Shown here: positions 1-8,506 of the stretch, piece by piece
Position numbering within the stretch: the first letter of the stretch is position 1
How the letters are laid out: every line of letters starts with the position of its first letter
Virus record (IMG/VR): IMGVR_UViG_3300028025_000090
Source: a virus
Strand: one strand, 5' to 3'
DNA length: 64,000 nucleotides
The notes under the pieces: generated by a model
Databases searched by the model: none
The model's input: only the letters and a program-made list of their open reading frames with translations
What the model was told of the DNA's origin: nothing
Program-made: the position numbers and the translations under genes

Positions 1-1
1 A

Positions 2-1003
2 GGTGATGCCAAGAAGAGATTCATGGAAGATGCTACAAGGATTCTTCGCGTTTTCCGATTCGCTGCCAAGATGGATTTTGAAATTGAAGACGATACTAAA
101 AAAGCAGCAATCGAATTGAAATATTTGCTTCAAGATCCGAAAGCTATTTCCAAAGAAAGTATCTCGAAAGAATTTTATAAGTCTGCCAAGACTGGTAGAA
201 CTCTTGCCAACTTCTTGAAAAAATTACAAGACACCAAAATTCTCCATGACATTCTTCCTGAATTTACAGAGATGGAAGGTTTCGATCACGATCCTCAACA
301 TCACCCTGAAGGAGATTCTCAAGTATTGGGACACATCTATGAGTGTCTGAATGCTTCTCCCTACAAAGATCCTATTATTAATCTTGCTGTATTATTCCAT
401 GACTTTGGGAAAGCTACGACTAGAGGGAAAAAAGATAATGGATTTAGTAGCTATCATGGTCACGAAGCTGCTGGTGTTCCCATTGTCGAAGGGATATTTG
501 AGAGACTAAGATTCAATGAATTGTCTCAACAAGATAAAAAGAATATCTTAGCGGCAGTGGATAAACACATGCTCGTTCATAATCTAGACAAACTCAATAT
601 TAAAACACTGACTAGACTGATCCAAAATCCTGCATGGGAAACCATCAAAGCAGTTGGTTATTGCGATGAAGCATCGAGAGGCTCTGGTCTTTTCAATGAA
701 AAAGAATTTTGGGATAAAGTTAAAAGAGCAGAAGAAAAAGTATCCAACATCGGTGGATCGGAAGATGAAACAAGAAAACGTCTCAAGCAATATTTCAGTG
801 GAAATAAATTGATGGAATGGTTTCCAGTTCTCATCAAAGACAAATCCAAGTTCAAAGATATTACAGCAGCACTGCAAGAATATACTCTTGAAGAGTTGAA
901 TGCTGGTAGGGAACCAGATGATTCGGAAATGAAGACAATCGTTGCTGGTATTCTAAAGAAGAATCAATTTAATGAATGGTATAATTATTACCAGAAAAAT
1001 TAA
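2..1003 (+). CDS. cca: CCA-adding tRNA nucleotidyltransferase (class II) with HD domain; 5'-truncated by window edge
   Basis: Frame is open from nt 2: GDAKKRFMEDATRILRVFRFAAK matches the RF.ED..R.LR..RF motif. HHPEG...GH and AVLFHDFGK form the HD domain. Confidence 0.9.
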   Translation, partial: GDAKKRFMEDATRILRVFRFAAKMDFEIEDDTKKAAIELKYLLQDPKAISKESISKEFYKSAKTGRTLANFLKKLQDTKILHDILPEFTEMEGFDHDPQHHPEGDSQVLGHIYECLNASPYKDPIINLAVLFHDFGKATTRGKKDNGFSSYHGHEAAGVPIVEGIFERLRFNELSQQDKKNILAAVDKHMLVHNLDKLNIKTLTRLIQNPAWETIKAVGYCDEASRGSGLFNEKEFWDKVKRAEEKVSNIGGSEDETRKRLKQYFSGNKLMEWFPVLIKDKSKFKDITAALQEYTLEELNAGREPDDSEMKTIVAGILKKNQFNEWYNYYQKN

Positions 1004-1224
1004 TCTTTGTGCCATTTCTCCATCTTGGAGTAATATTCTGGATCTTCTTCCACATGTTGTTTAGCAATCGTTTTTGCTAACTTCTTTCCTAACTTTGTTT
1101 TTCTCTTAGAAGGATTGATATGCTCTTGTTCTACTTCTTCCCCTTTGGAAACCTCTGGTTTAGGGAGATCTTTTTTCTTAACTTTTTTGAAGTAGTCATT
1201 AAAGAAATCTTGGAATTTTTTCAT
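1000..1224 (-). CDS. Small phage protein resembling DUF5661; CTS-like N-terminus
   Basis: KGEEVEQEH...AKTIAKQHVEEDPEYYSKM resembles the G..VE.EH...IA..HL.E.P.YY.KL family. Starts MKKFQDFF. Confidence 0.6.
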   Translation of the reverse strand: MKKFQDFFNDYFKKVKKKDLPKPEVSKGEEVEQEHINPSKRKTKLGKKLAKTIAKQHVEEDPEYYSKMEKWHKD

Positions 1225-1228
1225 ATTA

Positions 1229-2047
1229 TTAGTGTTCAGTGTTCTCGCTTAATTTTTTACGATATCCATATTCAGCAACAGATGGGTATCCACCTGTAAC
1301 GTGTTTAACTTCTAATGGATCAACTCCTCTAAATTCCCACACCACTTTTTTCTCAAATGGTGTCATGTTGAATCCAGTATGCGCTCTCATTAGAATATCA
1401 ACAATCTCATCATGTGACAATTCTGGATAGATTCTACTCTTCAATTCTTTAATTTCACCAGAAGAAGAATCTCTATAGGTGTCTCCATCATAATTAAATT
1501 TGGAAGAATCGGAAGCAACCCAAAAAAGATCAGTTGCTTTAAAACATTTTTTTAATTCTTGGATATATTCAGGGGTGATATCTTTTTCTCTACACCAGAA
1601 AGCAATGACTGAGACATTTTTTTTAAGTGTTTCACTTTCAATACTTTTCCAGATTCTCCCTGATTGACTTTTTATTCTCGTTTCTCCCATCGCTTGAGAA
1701 CGTTGGTTCTGATTGTAGAAATCTAAATCAGACTTATTCATTTTGCCACACACTTTAACATCATAAGACTTCAACACATTTTTAGTATTATCAGGATATT
1801 GAAGTGCTTCTTTCAACCCATTGAAAATGAATAAGTGAGTTGCTCCAGTGTGTAGGATAACATTTCCAATTTTAGAAAAGGCATAACCATCGGAATGATC
1901 ATAAACACCACCGTCAAATTTCAAAGAATCGGGATTGGATTTGTTCGATGGAATTGTGACATTTTCAAATAATACAACACCTCTGGTAGCTGCACGTTCC
2001 TCCAGAATTTTATTATAAAGTTCTCTGATGTTTAATTCGTCTCTCAT
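1229..2047 (-). CDS. Hypothetical protein, candidate internal head protein
   Basis: ATG at 2047 overlaps the upstream stop (ATGA). N-terminus IRELYNKILEE. Confidence 0.6.
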   Translation of the reverse strand: MRDELNIRELYNKILEERAATRGVVLFENVTIPSNKSNPDSLKFDGGVYDHSDGYAFSKIGNVILHTGATHLFIFNGLKEALQYPDNTKNVLKSYDVKVCGKMNKSDLDFYNQNQRSQAMGETRIKSQSGRIWKSIESETLKKNVSVIAFWCREKDITPEYIQELKKCFKATDLFWVASDSSKFNYDGDTYRDSSSGEIKELKSRIYPELSHDEIVDILMRAHTGFNMTPFEKKVVWEFRGVDPLEVKHVTGGYPSVAEYGYRKKLSENTEH

Positions 2048-2331
2048 GTCAACCAAATTTCTTCTGTTTGTTTAAATTTATCTATCAATAATTCCAAATT
2101 TTTAGATTGAAAATTACAATCAATCATGGTCTTTACAGTGTGCCTATTGTTGTTATTACAGAATGATAATTTGTAATTCAAATCAGCCATTTTAGGCTCG
2201 TGTTCAACGATCATCAGGAATGTATCATACATTCCTGATGGAAGGGGAATTGGATCGCCTGTAAAAATAACTTCCACTCCATCACTATTTGGAGCATTAC
2301 TCATATATTCTTTAGGATAAATTACTATCAT
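2044..2331 (-). CDS. Hypothetical protein
   Basis: ATGA-coupled to both neighbours. Confidence 0.6.
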   Translation of the reverse strand: MIVIYPKEYMSNAPNSDGVEVIFTGDPIPLPSGMYDTFLMIVEHEPKMADLNYKLSFCNNNNRHTVKTMIDCNFQSKNLELLIDKFKQTEEIWLT

Positions 2332-2942
2332 CGTGCTAATTTCATGTAAACAACCACTGTTTCAGCATTTCGGTCAATGTTGCCATCGTCGTCAAGAGAA
2401 TAGGAAATACCATTGAACACTGGATAAGGCATTGTATCATCGTTTTTATCTTTGTCAATAACAAAACCATTTCGACTGTAGAGTCTGAATAATTTTTTTG
2501 GTATGATATTGCCATCACCATCTTGTTCCGCAAAACAATCCAAACGTCTAGCACCATTTTTAATAGCACTTTTTACTGCCGCATCTCCCGAAGATTCTAT
2601 GCCAGAAAAAACCGAAACCAATTCATCACCCTTTTTGATGCAATATCCGCTGGTATTGTTTGGTCCGATAAAACATTTCATCTCTGCGTATTCTTCGGGA
2701 TCATAAATGGTGATGTTATTTTTAATATCTTTAAACCATTCATGTTCTTTATGTTCGGGGTCAGCACGTTTAGTATCCGATTCCATGTAAGCATTGATGA
2801 TTTTATAAAATGATCTCCAATCAACTTTTTTAAATTTTTCAGAATCTTCAGGTGTTAGTTTTCTACTGATTTTTAATTGTTCAGGAGATAATTTACCAAT
2901 GTCTGAGAATGCTTCCCAGAAAAAATTATAGAATGTCTTCAT
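2328..2942 (-). CDS. Divergent GNAT-like protein with capsid-targeting-like N-terminus
   Basis: Starts MKTFYNFFWE. ELVSVFS...GDAAVKSAIKNGARRLDCF...LYSRNGF resembles the GNAT C-terminal motifs. TAAATA box 5 nt upstream. Confidence 0.55.
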   Translation of the reverse strand: MKTFYNFFWEAFSDIGKLSPEQLKISRKLTPEDSEKFKKVDWRSFYKIINAYMESDTKRADPEHKEHEWFKDIKNNITIYDPEEYAEMKCFIGPNNTSGYCIKKGDELVSVFSGIESSGDAAVKSAIKNGARRLDCFAEQDGDGNIIPKKLFRLYSRNGFVIDKDKNDDTMPYPVFNGISYSLDDDGNIDRNAETVVVYMKLAR

Positions 2943-2963
2943 TTTATTATTTAATAAAAATTT

Positions 2964-3242
2964 TCAACTATCTAGGTATTTGTCAATCACCATGGTGAAA
3001 TAATCCGCAAACCAACAAATAGATGATGCGTAAAATCCCCAAAGAGGGATTAGGAAAGGTGTGCCTGACCAGAACATCCCGAAGAAACATCCTACCCAAA
3101 AACCGAGACACATGCAACACTTAAATAATTTTTCAAAGAAATCATTTTTAGATAAATGCTCACGAATAGGATTTAGAATTGATCCGTATTTCAGGATCAG
3201 ACAAGCACCAATTAATACAAAAGATTGAAACCAAAGACTCAT
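2964..3242 (-). CDS. Small membrane protein, DUF1360-like
   Basis: Hydrophobic helices around CCMCLGFWVG (C..C.G.W). Confidence 0.55.
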   Translation of the reverse strand: MSLWFQSFVLIGACLILKYGSILNPIREHLSKNDFFEKLFKCCMCLGFWVGCFFGMFWSGTPFLIPLWGFYASSICWFADYFTMVIDKYLDS

Positions 3243-3439
3243 CCTAGAATAAGTTTTTGGTCATCAATCGTTTTCACACCATCTGAAATCAGGAGTGCTT
3301 CTTCTTTTCTCACGATAATTTTGTTTCCAAAATCATCTGTGATTTCTACCATGCCGTCTGTAAGTTCAGTTACTACTGGGCAACCTTGCTTTTGTTTGCA
3401 GCACAACTTAACACTATTATTTGTTAATACTTTAATCAT
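3239..3439 (-). CDS. Small Cys-containing hypothetical protein
   Basis: 66 aa, coupled to the downstream gene; LCCKQKQGCP. Confidence 0.55.
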   Translation of the reverse strand: MIKVLTNNSVKLCCKQKQGCPVVTELTDGMVEITDDFGNKIIVRKEEALLISDGVKTIDDQKLILG

Positions 3440-3517
3440 AACAAAATTATTTATCCAAAGATTTGAGAAATCAATGATTTTTTATCTTTCAAATTATAAA
3501 CAAATACTTTTTTCATA

Positions 3518-4198
3518 TTAATAGCCCCATGCTTTCAGAGTATGTTCGAATGGATTACCGTCGATGTTTTTCACAAGCTGTAGCATTTCGTCAGCAATAT
3601 CGCGAATTTCTTTTTGAGCATGTTCGCTGCGACGAAGCTTGATGAAGTTGGCGAAAGAACGCATGTTGAACATAACGTCTCCTTCAATTTGACTGTTGTA
3701 AGTCTTGAAGAAACGAGCGGATTCTTTTGCGCGTTTGCGTCCAAGAACAGGCTCAAGGTCTTTTAGACAAGAATGATAGAGCTTATTACCTAATTCCGTA
3801 TACCCTTCGAGAATTTGCTTCCACGTTTCATAACCACCAATAAATTCTTCAACATCTTTAGGTTGAGATAGAGACGCATTGATACCAATCCAGTCATCAG
3901 GAAGATAAAATTTATCTTCTTTTAGTTCTTTGTATCGAGCGGACTCAGCATTGATGGATGCAATACGATGTTTAAGCAAATGAATGTGACTAGCGATTTC
4001 CGTATCAACTAGGAAGTGAACCACTCCCTTTTCAAACGGTGTCTCATGACCATTGTTCCATAGCATGTCAATTAGTTTTGGGATTCGAGATTTCTTATCC
4101 TCTGTCAAATCGCGACTCGTAGATGTCCATGCACTGCAAGCAATAATTTCGTCGCTTCCATAATGCCCTAGTAAGGTTACTTTATTTTTATTATTCAT
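3518..4198 (-). CDS. thyX: Flavin-dependent thymidylate synthase
   Basis: GHETPFE and HLLKHRIASINAESARY (RHRX7S motif, R replaced by K); NMRSFANFIKLR...AQKEIR. Confidence 0.93.
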   Translation of the reverse strand: MNNKNKVTLLGHYGSDEIIACSAWTSTSRDLTEDKKSRIPKLIDMLWNNGHETPFEKGVVHFLVDTEIASHIHLLKHRIASINAESARYKELKEDKFYLPDDWIGINASLSQPKDVEEFIGGYETWKQILEGYTELGNKLYHSCLKDLEPVLGRKRAKESARFFKTYNSQIEGDVMFNMRSFANFIKLRRSEHAQKEIRDIADEMLQLVKNIDGNPFEHTLKAWGY

Positions 4199-4201
4199 AT
4201 T

Positions 4202-4579
4202 TTATTTTTTCTCAACAATAACTTTCATAAACATTGGATAATTCTTGATCCGTTGTTGTGCGATTTTGAAATTAGCACAAAAAACATCGATTACAATATT
4301 ATTTTTACCTAATTTTTTAGAAGCAGATCTAGCTTTCACTGAACTACCAGTATCAATAGCAGTTGTAGTTAGACCCATTTGTGGTATTTTTACTTTACTA
4401 CCATATGAAATAATTCTAGGATCAACTGCCACTGTTTTACCACAGATCGGTTTTTTTCCAGTAGCGGTTTGATAACCAACTTGACCACCATTGTTTGGCC
4501 AATAGTATGTAATTCTCGCCATATATTCTTCTGAATAGCAGAATGTGGTTAATAATGATGCGATAATTATTTTCAACAT
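4202..4579 (-). CDS. 3D-domain protein with N-terminal signal peptide
   Basis: AVDPRII.YGS, AIDTG and VIDVF supply the three Asp. Hydrophobic leader MLKIIIASLLTTFCYS. Confidence 0.8.
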   Translation of the reverse strand: MLKIIIASLLTTFCYSEEYMARITYYWPNNGGQVGYQTATGKKPICGKTVAVDPRIISYGSKVKIPQMGLTTTAIDTGSSVKARSASKKLGKNNIVIDVFCANFKIAQQRIKNYPMFMKVIVEKK

Positions 4580-4585
4580 GTTTCC

Positions 4586-4613
4586 AACTTAACATATTTT
4601 TTTAATTTGTCAA
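4586..4613 (-). promoter_or_regulatory. Sigma70-type early promoter
   Basis: TTGACA-N16-TAAGTT with TG extension, 6 nt before ATG 4579. Confidence 0.7.
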
Positions 4614-4628
4614 GTACTAAATAATAAT

Positions 4629-5036
4629 ATGGGTGAATTAAATAAAAATGTTTTTCCAGATACCATTAAATTAGAAGATTTGGGCATCATTAAAGGAACG
4701 AGAAAATTTCGTCTTTTGGCAGATTTTCGTTGTTATTTTAAAGGTAAATTACTTACTATCCCTAAAGGATTTATCACAGATGGAATTTCCGCTCCTAAAT
4801 TTGCATGGCCTATTATCGGACCTTACGGACCTGCTTTCCCCGCTGCTTTGATTCACGATTGGTGTTTCTCTCCATTTAATAAAGAATATAATTGGAAAGA
4901 ATCGAATTGGCTCTTTTTAGAATTGATGAAGGAAGCTGGTGTCGGTTTTACTATGAGATGGACTATCTATTCTGCTGTTGTGGCAGGATCATATCCCATA
5001 TGGTTAAAACGGATTGAAAGTTACGGTGATAAGTAA
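4629..5036 (+). CDS. DUF1353 family protein
   Basis: IPKGFITDGISAP...AALIHDW; TAAATA box 5 nt upstream. Confidence 0.85.
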   Translation: MGELNKNVFPDTIKLEDLGIIKGTRKFRLLADFRCYFKGKLLTIPKGFITDGISAPKFAWPIIGPYGPAFPAALIHDWCFSPFNKEYNWKESNWLFLELMKEAGVGFTMRWTIYSAVVAGSYPIWLKRIESYGDK

Positions 5037-5040
5037 TAAT

Positions 5041-5616
5041 ATGAATAGCGAAGAAATTAAAAAAATGCAGAAAAAAATCGGTGTTGTTGCTGATGGATTC
5101 TGGGGTCCGAAATCGCAAGATGCTTGTAAAAAATATTTGCGTTCATTGATGCCTAAAAACAATCCATGGCCAAAAAGCGATCAAGCATCTCTAAGAAAAT
5201 TTTACGGAAATCCAGGAGATGAATCAAATCTTGTAACGGTCACTTTACCATATCCTATGTATTACGATGGCAAATTAGTCACCAAAACTCGCGTCAATAA
5301 AAAATGTGCTGATTCTTTATTGAGAATACTCACTAATATTAAAAATATAATCCCAAAATATCCTGATATTAAAAATGAAGCTGAAGATTATGGTGGCATT
5401 TACAATTTTCGTTTGAAGCGTGGTGGTTCTTCTTATTCCCTACATGCTTACGGTGCTGCCATCGATTTAGATGCTGATGAAAATACTTTCCGCGATAGTT
5501 GGCCGATGAAAGCGGATATGCCGCTGGAAATCATGGAAGAATTTGCAAAAGAAGGTTGGATATCTGCTGGTGCGTTTTGGGGATATGATGCTATGCATTT
5601 CCAGGGGACTCAATGA
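5041..5616 (+). CDS. M15-family Zn peptidase, probable endolysin
   Basis: SLHAYGAAID and DAMHFQ motifs. Start moved to ATG 5041, just after the DUF1353 stop. Confidence 0.85.
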   Translation: MNSEEIKKMQKKIGVVADGFWGPKSQDACKKYLRSLMPKNNPWPKSDQASLRKFYGNPGDESNLVTVTLPYPMYYDGKLVTKTRVNKKCADSLLRILTNIKNIIPKYPDIKNEAEDYGGIYNFRLKRGGSSYSLHAYGAAIDLDADENTFRDSWPMKADMPLEIMEEFAKEGWISAGAFWGYDAMHFQGTQ

Positions 5617-5619
5617 TAT

Positions 5620-6297
5620 TCATTTATCTTTGGGATACCAATTGATATCAGGACTTAACACACTATCAACTCGTAATCCTTCTGCGTATTCTTCATCCCA
5701 CGCTTCTCTATTCATACAAGAATCATCGTCATCATGATCCCAATGATGAGGTGGTTTAAATTTACCTTCAACTGGAACAATCCACATGTAGAAAGGATTC
5801 ACGCTCACTCTTTTAACTATTGCTGGTTCTCCATTGTATTCAATTTTTCTACCCTCGATTTCTTCTCGCCAAAATCTAGAATGAAAATTAATCGGTCCTT
5901 CTGTGAATTCGATTAGAGATGCTTTAGCTTTATGGTAAGCATAATCTTCCGATCCTCCAAATTCGAAAAAGGGGACACCGTTTCTACTAATCACAGTATT
6001 ACAAGTAAATCTAACACTGGTTTCATCCCATTTGGTTTTAGTCCACGCCTTTTTTGTTTGTGAAATTTCCCAATTTGGAGCATTCCCCCTTACACCATAA
6101 CAATTAATGACTTCGATATCTAAATCATCGGGAACGAAATAATCCTTTATTTTTTTGTAGCGTGGTTTAATTTCATAACAAGCATAATTCTCATTATTAT
6201 AACCATCATATCTTACGATTTGATACGGTTTGTCATACAATTCAAAATCCCAATCGATGTAGCTTGGATTTTTTTCCAATAGTTCTCTATAAGTCAT
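5620..6297 (-). CDS. Hypothetical early protein
   Basis: Long ORF. The track's TTG start is the -35 box; ATG 6297 lies 5 nt after the -10 box. Confidence 0.7.
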   Translation of the reverse strand: MTYRELLEKNPSYIDWDFELYDKPYQIVRYDGYNNENYACYEIKPRYKKIKDYFVPDDLDIEVINCYGVRGNAPNWEISQTKKAWTKTKWDETSVRFTCNTVISRNGVPFFEFGGSEDYAYHKAKASLIEFTEGPINFHSRFWREEIEGRKIEYNGEPAIVKRVSVNPFYMWIVPVEGKFKPPHHWDHDDDDSCMNREAWDEEYAEGLRVDSVLSPDINWYPKDK

Positions 6298-6302
6298 GAA
6301 TG

Positions 6303-6330
6303 AACTTACTACGGAAGTATCATTTGTCAA
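6303..6330 (-). promoter_or_regulatory. Sigma70-type early promoter
   Basis: TTGACA-N16-TAAGTT. Confidence 0.65.
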
Positions 6331-6372
6331 TTATTTATCATCAATCACCATTGGTGCTAAATTATAAAAAAT

Positions 6373-6411
6373 ACCCGCCAAAGTGTGCTTACAAGTAGAG
6401 GCATGGCGGGT
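6373..6411 (-). terminator. Intrinsic terminator
   Basis: Stem ACCCGCCA/TGGCGGGT followed by a T-tract on the minus strand. Confidence 0.6.
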
Positions 6412-6419
6412 CTGCTAAA

Positions 6420-6737
6420 TTATTTAGTTGGGTTTAATCTTTCCTTTAATTTTGCAAATGCGTTTCTTATGGCATTATCAATATTATCGGAATTTCCCGT
6501 GCATTCATCTTCAACATCTTGGATGATTTTTAAAATTCCTTCCAATTCTTCTTCTTGTTCACCATAAACGTGGGAAGTCACCATTGGAGGTGCTATTCCA
6601 ATTATTTGTTTATTATAAGATAATTTATTACCAGCTTCTTGGGGGACTTCTTGCTTCGGAACTCTTTGAGGTGGATTGAAACCACTTTGATATTCCAGAA
6701 TCAAATCAGCATAGACTTGTTGTAAAAATTTATCCAT
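6420..6737 (-). CDS. Hypothetical protein, candidate internal head protein
   Basis: TAAATA 5 nt before ATG 6737 gives MDKFLQQVYADLILE. Confidence 0.6.
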   Translation of the reverse strand: MDKFLQQVYADLILEYQSGFNPPQRVPKQEVPQEAGNKLSYNKQIIGIAPPMVTSHVYGEQEEELEGILKIIQDVEDECTGNSDNIDNAIRNAFAKLKERLNPTK

Positions 6738-6785
6738 GATATTATTTAATTTGATAACATAGATTTCCATGTTAAATAATGATAT

Positions 6786-7424
6786 ATGAAAAGATGGGGA
6801 TATCGAAACGAGGAGGAGAAAGAGGAAAACAACTCAAATATACCGAATATCATCATAACATCTGCGAATGAAGAGCAAACCGTTGTTAATAGTGGTATTC
6901 GAGTCATTAATAATAAAATTTTGTTTTATGCTGATATTGATGAAGGGTCTGTTTTGGAATTGAACCGTGTTTTGCTTGAACTGGATTGTAAATTACAGAG
7001 CATTAAAAGCTTTGATGATAATTATGAACCTATTATCCATCTCCACCTTAATACCTTTGGAGGTGTTATTTTTGCAGCATTTTCTACTGTCGATACAATC
7101 CGTAGATTGAAATCCAAAGTCTATACGTATGTTGATGGTAACACCGCATCTGCTGGAACTCTGATTAGTCTGAGTGGTTCTAAAAGATATATGGGACAAC
7201 ATGCTCATTTCCTCATTCACCAATTAAGTTCTGGTGTCTATGGTAAGTTTTCGGAAATGGAGGATGAAATCGCCACATGTACCAAATTGATGAAGGTTCT
7301 GAAAGATTTTTATAAAAAACACACCAAAGTTCCAATGAAAAAATTGGATGAGCTTATGAAGCGAGATATTTGGTTGGATGCTCAAGAATGTCTTGATTAT
7401 GGAATCATCGATGAAATTCTCTAA
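6786..7424 (+). CDS. clpP: ClpP-like serine protease
   Basis: Triad ASAG (Ser), LIHQ (His), RDIWL (Asp); ends YGIIDEIL. Confidence 0.88.
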   Translation: MKRWGYRNEEEKEENNSNIPNIIITSANEEQTVVNSGIRVINNKILFYADIDEGSVLELNRVLLELDCKLQSIKSFDDNYEPIIHLHLNTFGGVIFAAFSTVDTIRRLKSKVYTYVDGNTASAGTLISLSGSKRYMGQHAHFLIHQLSSGVYGKFSEMEDEIATCTKLMKVLKDFYKKHTKVPMKKLDELMKRDIWLDAQECLDYGIIDEIL

Positions 7425-7433
7425 AAAAGGGGG

Positions 7434-7483
7434 TTGATTTTTTATCGGCTCGTGGCATATTTAGCGAAACGAACGATAAAAAA
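7434..7483 (+). promoter_or_regulatory. Putative nrdB promoter inside an inverted repeat
   Basis: TTGATT-N16-CATATT, overlapped by TTTTTTATCG (7438-7447) / CGATAAAAAA (7474-7483). Confidence 0.45.
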
Positions 7484-7528
7484 ATAAAAGAAAAACGAGG
7501 AAAAGTAGAGGATAAGTAATAGACGATT

Positions 7529-8503
7529 ATGAGCATTTTTGACGAGCAAGTTAGTAGAAAACCGAACAAATATCCATGGACAACACAATTTATTGAGGCT
7601 ATGCATCAAGGATTTTGGACTGATAAGGAATTTAGTTTTAAAGCAGATTACCATCAATTCAAAACGATTTTGGATGATAAAGAACGAGAAATTATTGTCC
7701 GCACACTGTCGGCAATCGGACAGATTGAAGTAGCAGTGAAAACATTCTGGTCAAAGCTTGGGGAAAATCTTCCCCATCCATCTTTGTCTGATTTGGGATT
7801 TGTCATGGCAAATGTTGAAGTGATCCACAATAATGCCTATGAGCGTCTTTTGGATGAACTCAACATGGAAGATATTTTTGAAGAAAACCTTAAACTTGAA
7901 TGGATTCAAGGTCGTGTGAAGTATCTCAAGAAATATACGCATCGTTTTTATAAAGATTCCAAGAAACAATATCTTTATGCTTTGATTCTTTTCACTTTAT
8001 TTGTCGAGAATGTTTCCCTGTTTAGCCAATTTTATGTGATCAATTGGTTTGCTAAAAATAAAAATGTTCTCAAAGACACTGATCAACAAGTCCGTTATAC
8101 ACGGAATGAAGAAGCAATTCATGCAATGGTCGGTATGAAAATTATCGATACAATTCGCGAAGAGCATCCAGAATTATTTGACAAAGAGCTAGAAGAGCGT
8201 ATACTACACGAAGCAGAACAAGCTTTCATTGCTGAAAGTAAGATCATTGACTGGATGGTTAATGGTATTGAAGAAAAAGGTCTGTCAGCACCAATTTTGA
8301 AAGAATTTATCAAGAACAGAATAAATGAATCTTTGGTTGGAATTGGATTCCCTAAAGTATTTGAAATTGATACTGATCTTCTCGATGAGACATTTTGGTT
8401 CGATGAGCAAGTTCTCGCTCCAAACATGACAGACTTTTTCCACTCAAGACCTGTTGAATACGCTAAAAACACACAATCTTACGACGAAGACGATTTATTT
8501 TAA
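7529..8503 (+). CDS. nrdB: Ribonucleotide reductase class I beta subunit
   Basis: EVIHNNAY, LFVENVSLFSQF and RNEEAIH di-metal/tyrosine motifs. Confidence 0.95.
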   Translation: MSIFDEQVSRKPNKYPWTTQFIEAMHQGFWTDKEFSFKADYHQFKTILDDKEREIIVRTLSAIGQIEVAVKTFWSKLGENLPHPSLSDLGFVMANVEVIHNNAYERLLDELNMEDIFEENLKLEWIQGRVKYLKKYTHRFYKDSKKQYLYALILFTLFVENVSLFSQFYVINWFAKNKNVLKDTDQQVRYTRNEEAIHAMVGMKIIDTIREEHPELFDKELEERILHEAEQAFIAESKIIDWMVNGIEEKGLSAPILKEFIKNRINESLVGIGFPKVFEIDTDLLDETFWFDEQVLAPNMTDFFHSRPVEYAKNTQSYDEDDLF

Positions 8504-8506
8504 TAT

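Noticed and set aside
960-1003. CCA C-terminus FNEWYNY as a CTS-like motif
   Set aside because: Wrong end of the protein and too short to distinguish from chance.
3930-3985. ThyX motif variant KHR instead of RHR
   Set aside because: Conservative change with the other catalytic residues intact; not evidence of a new function.
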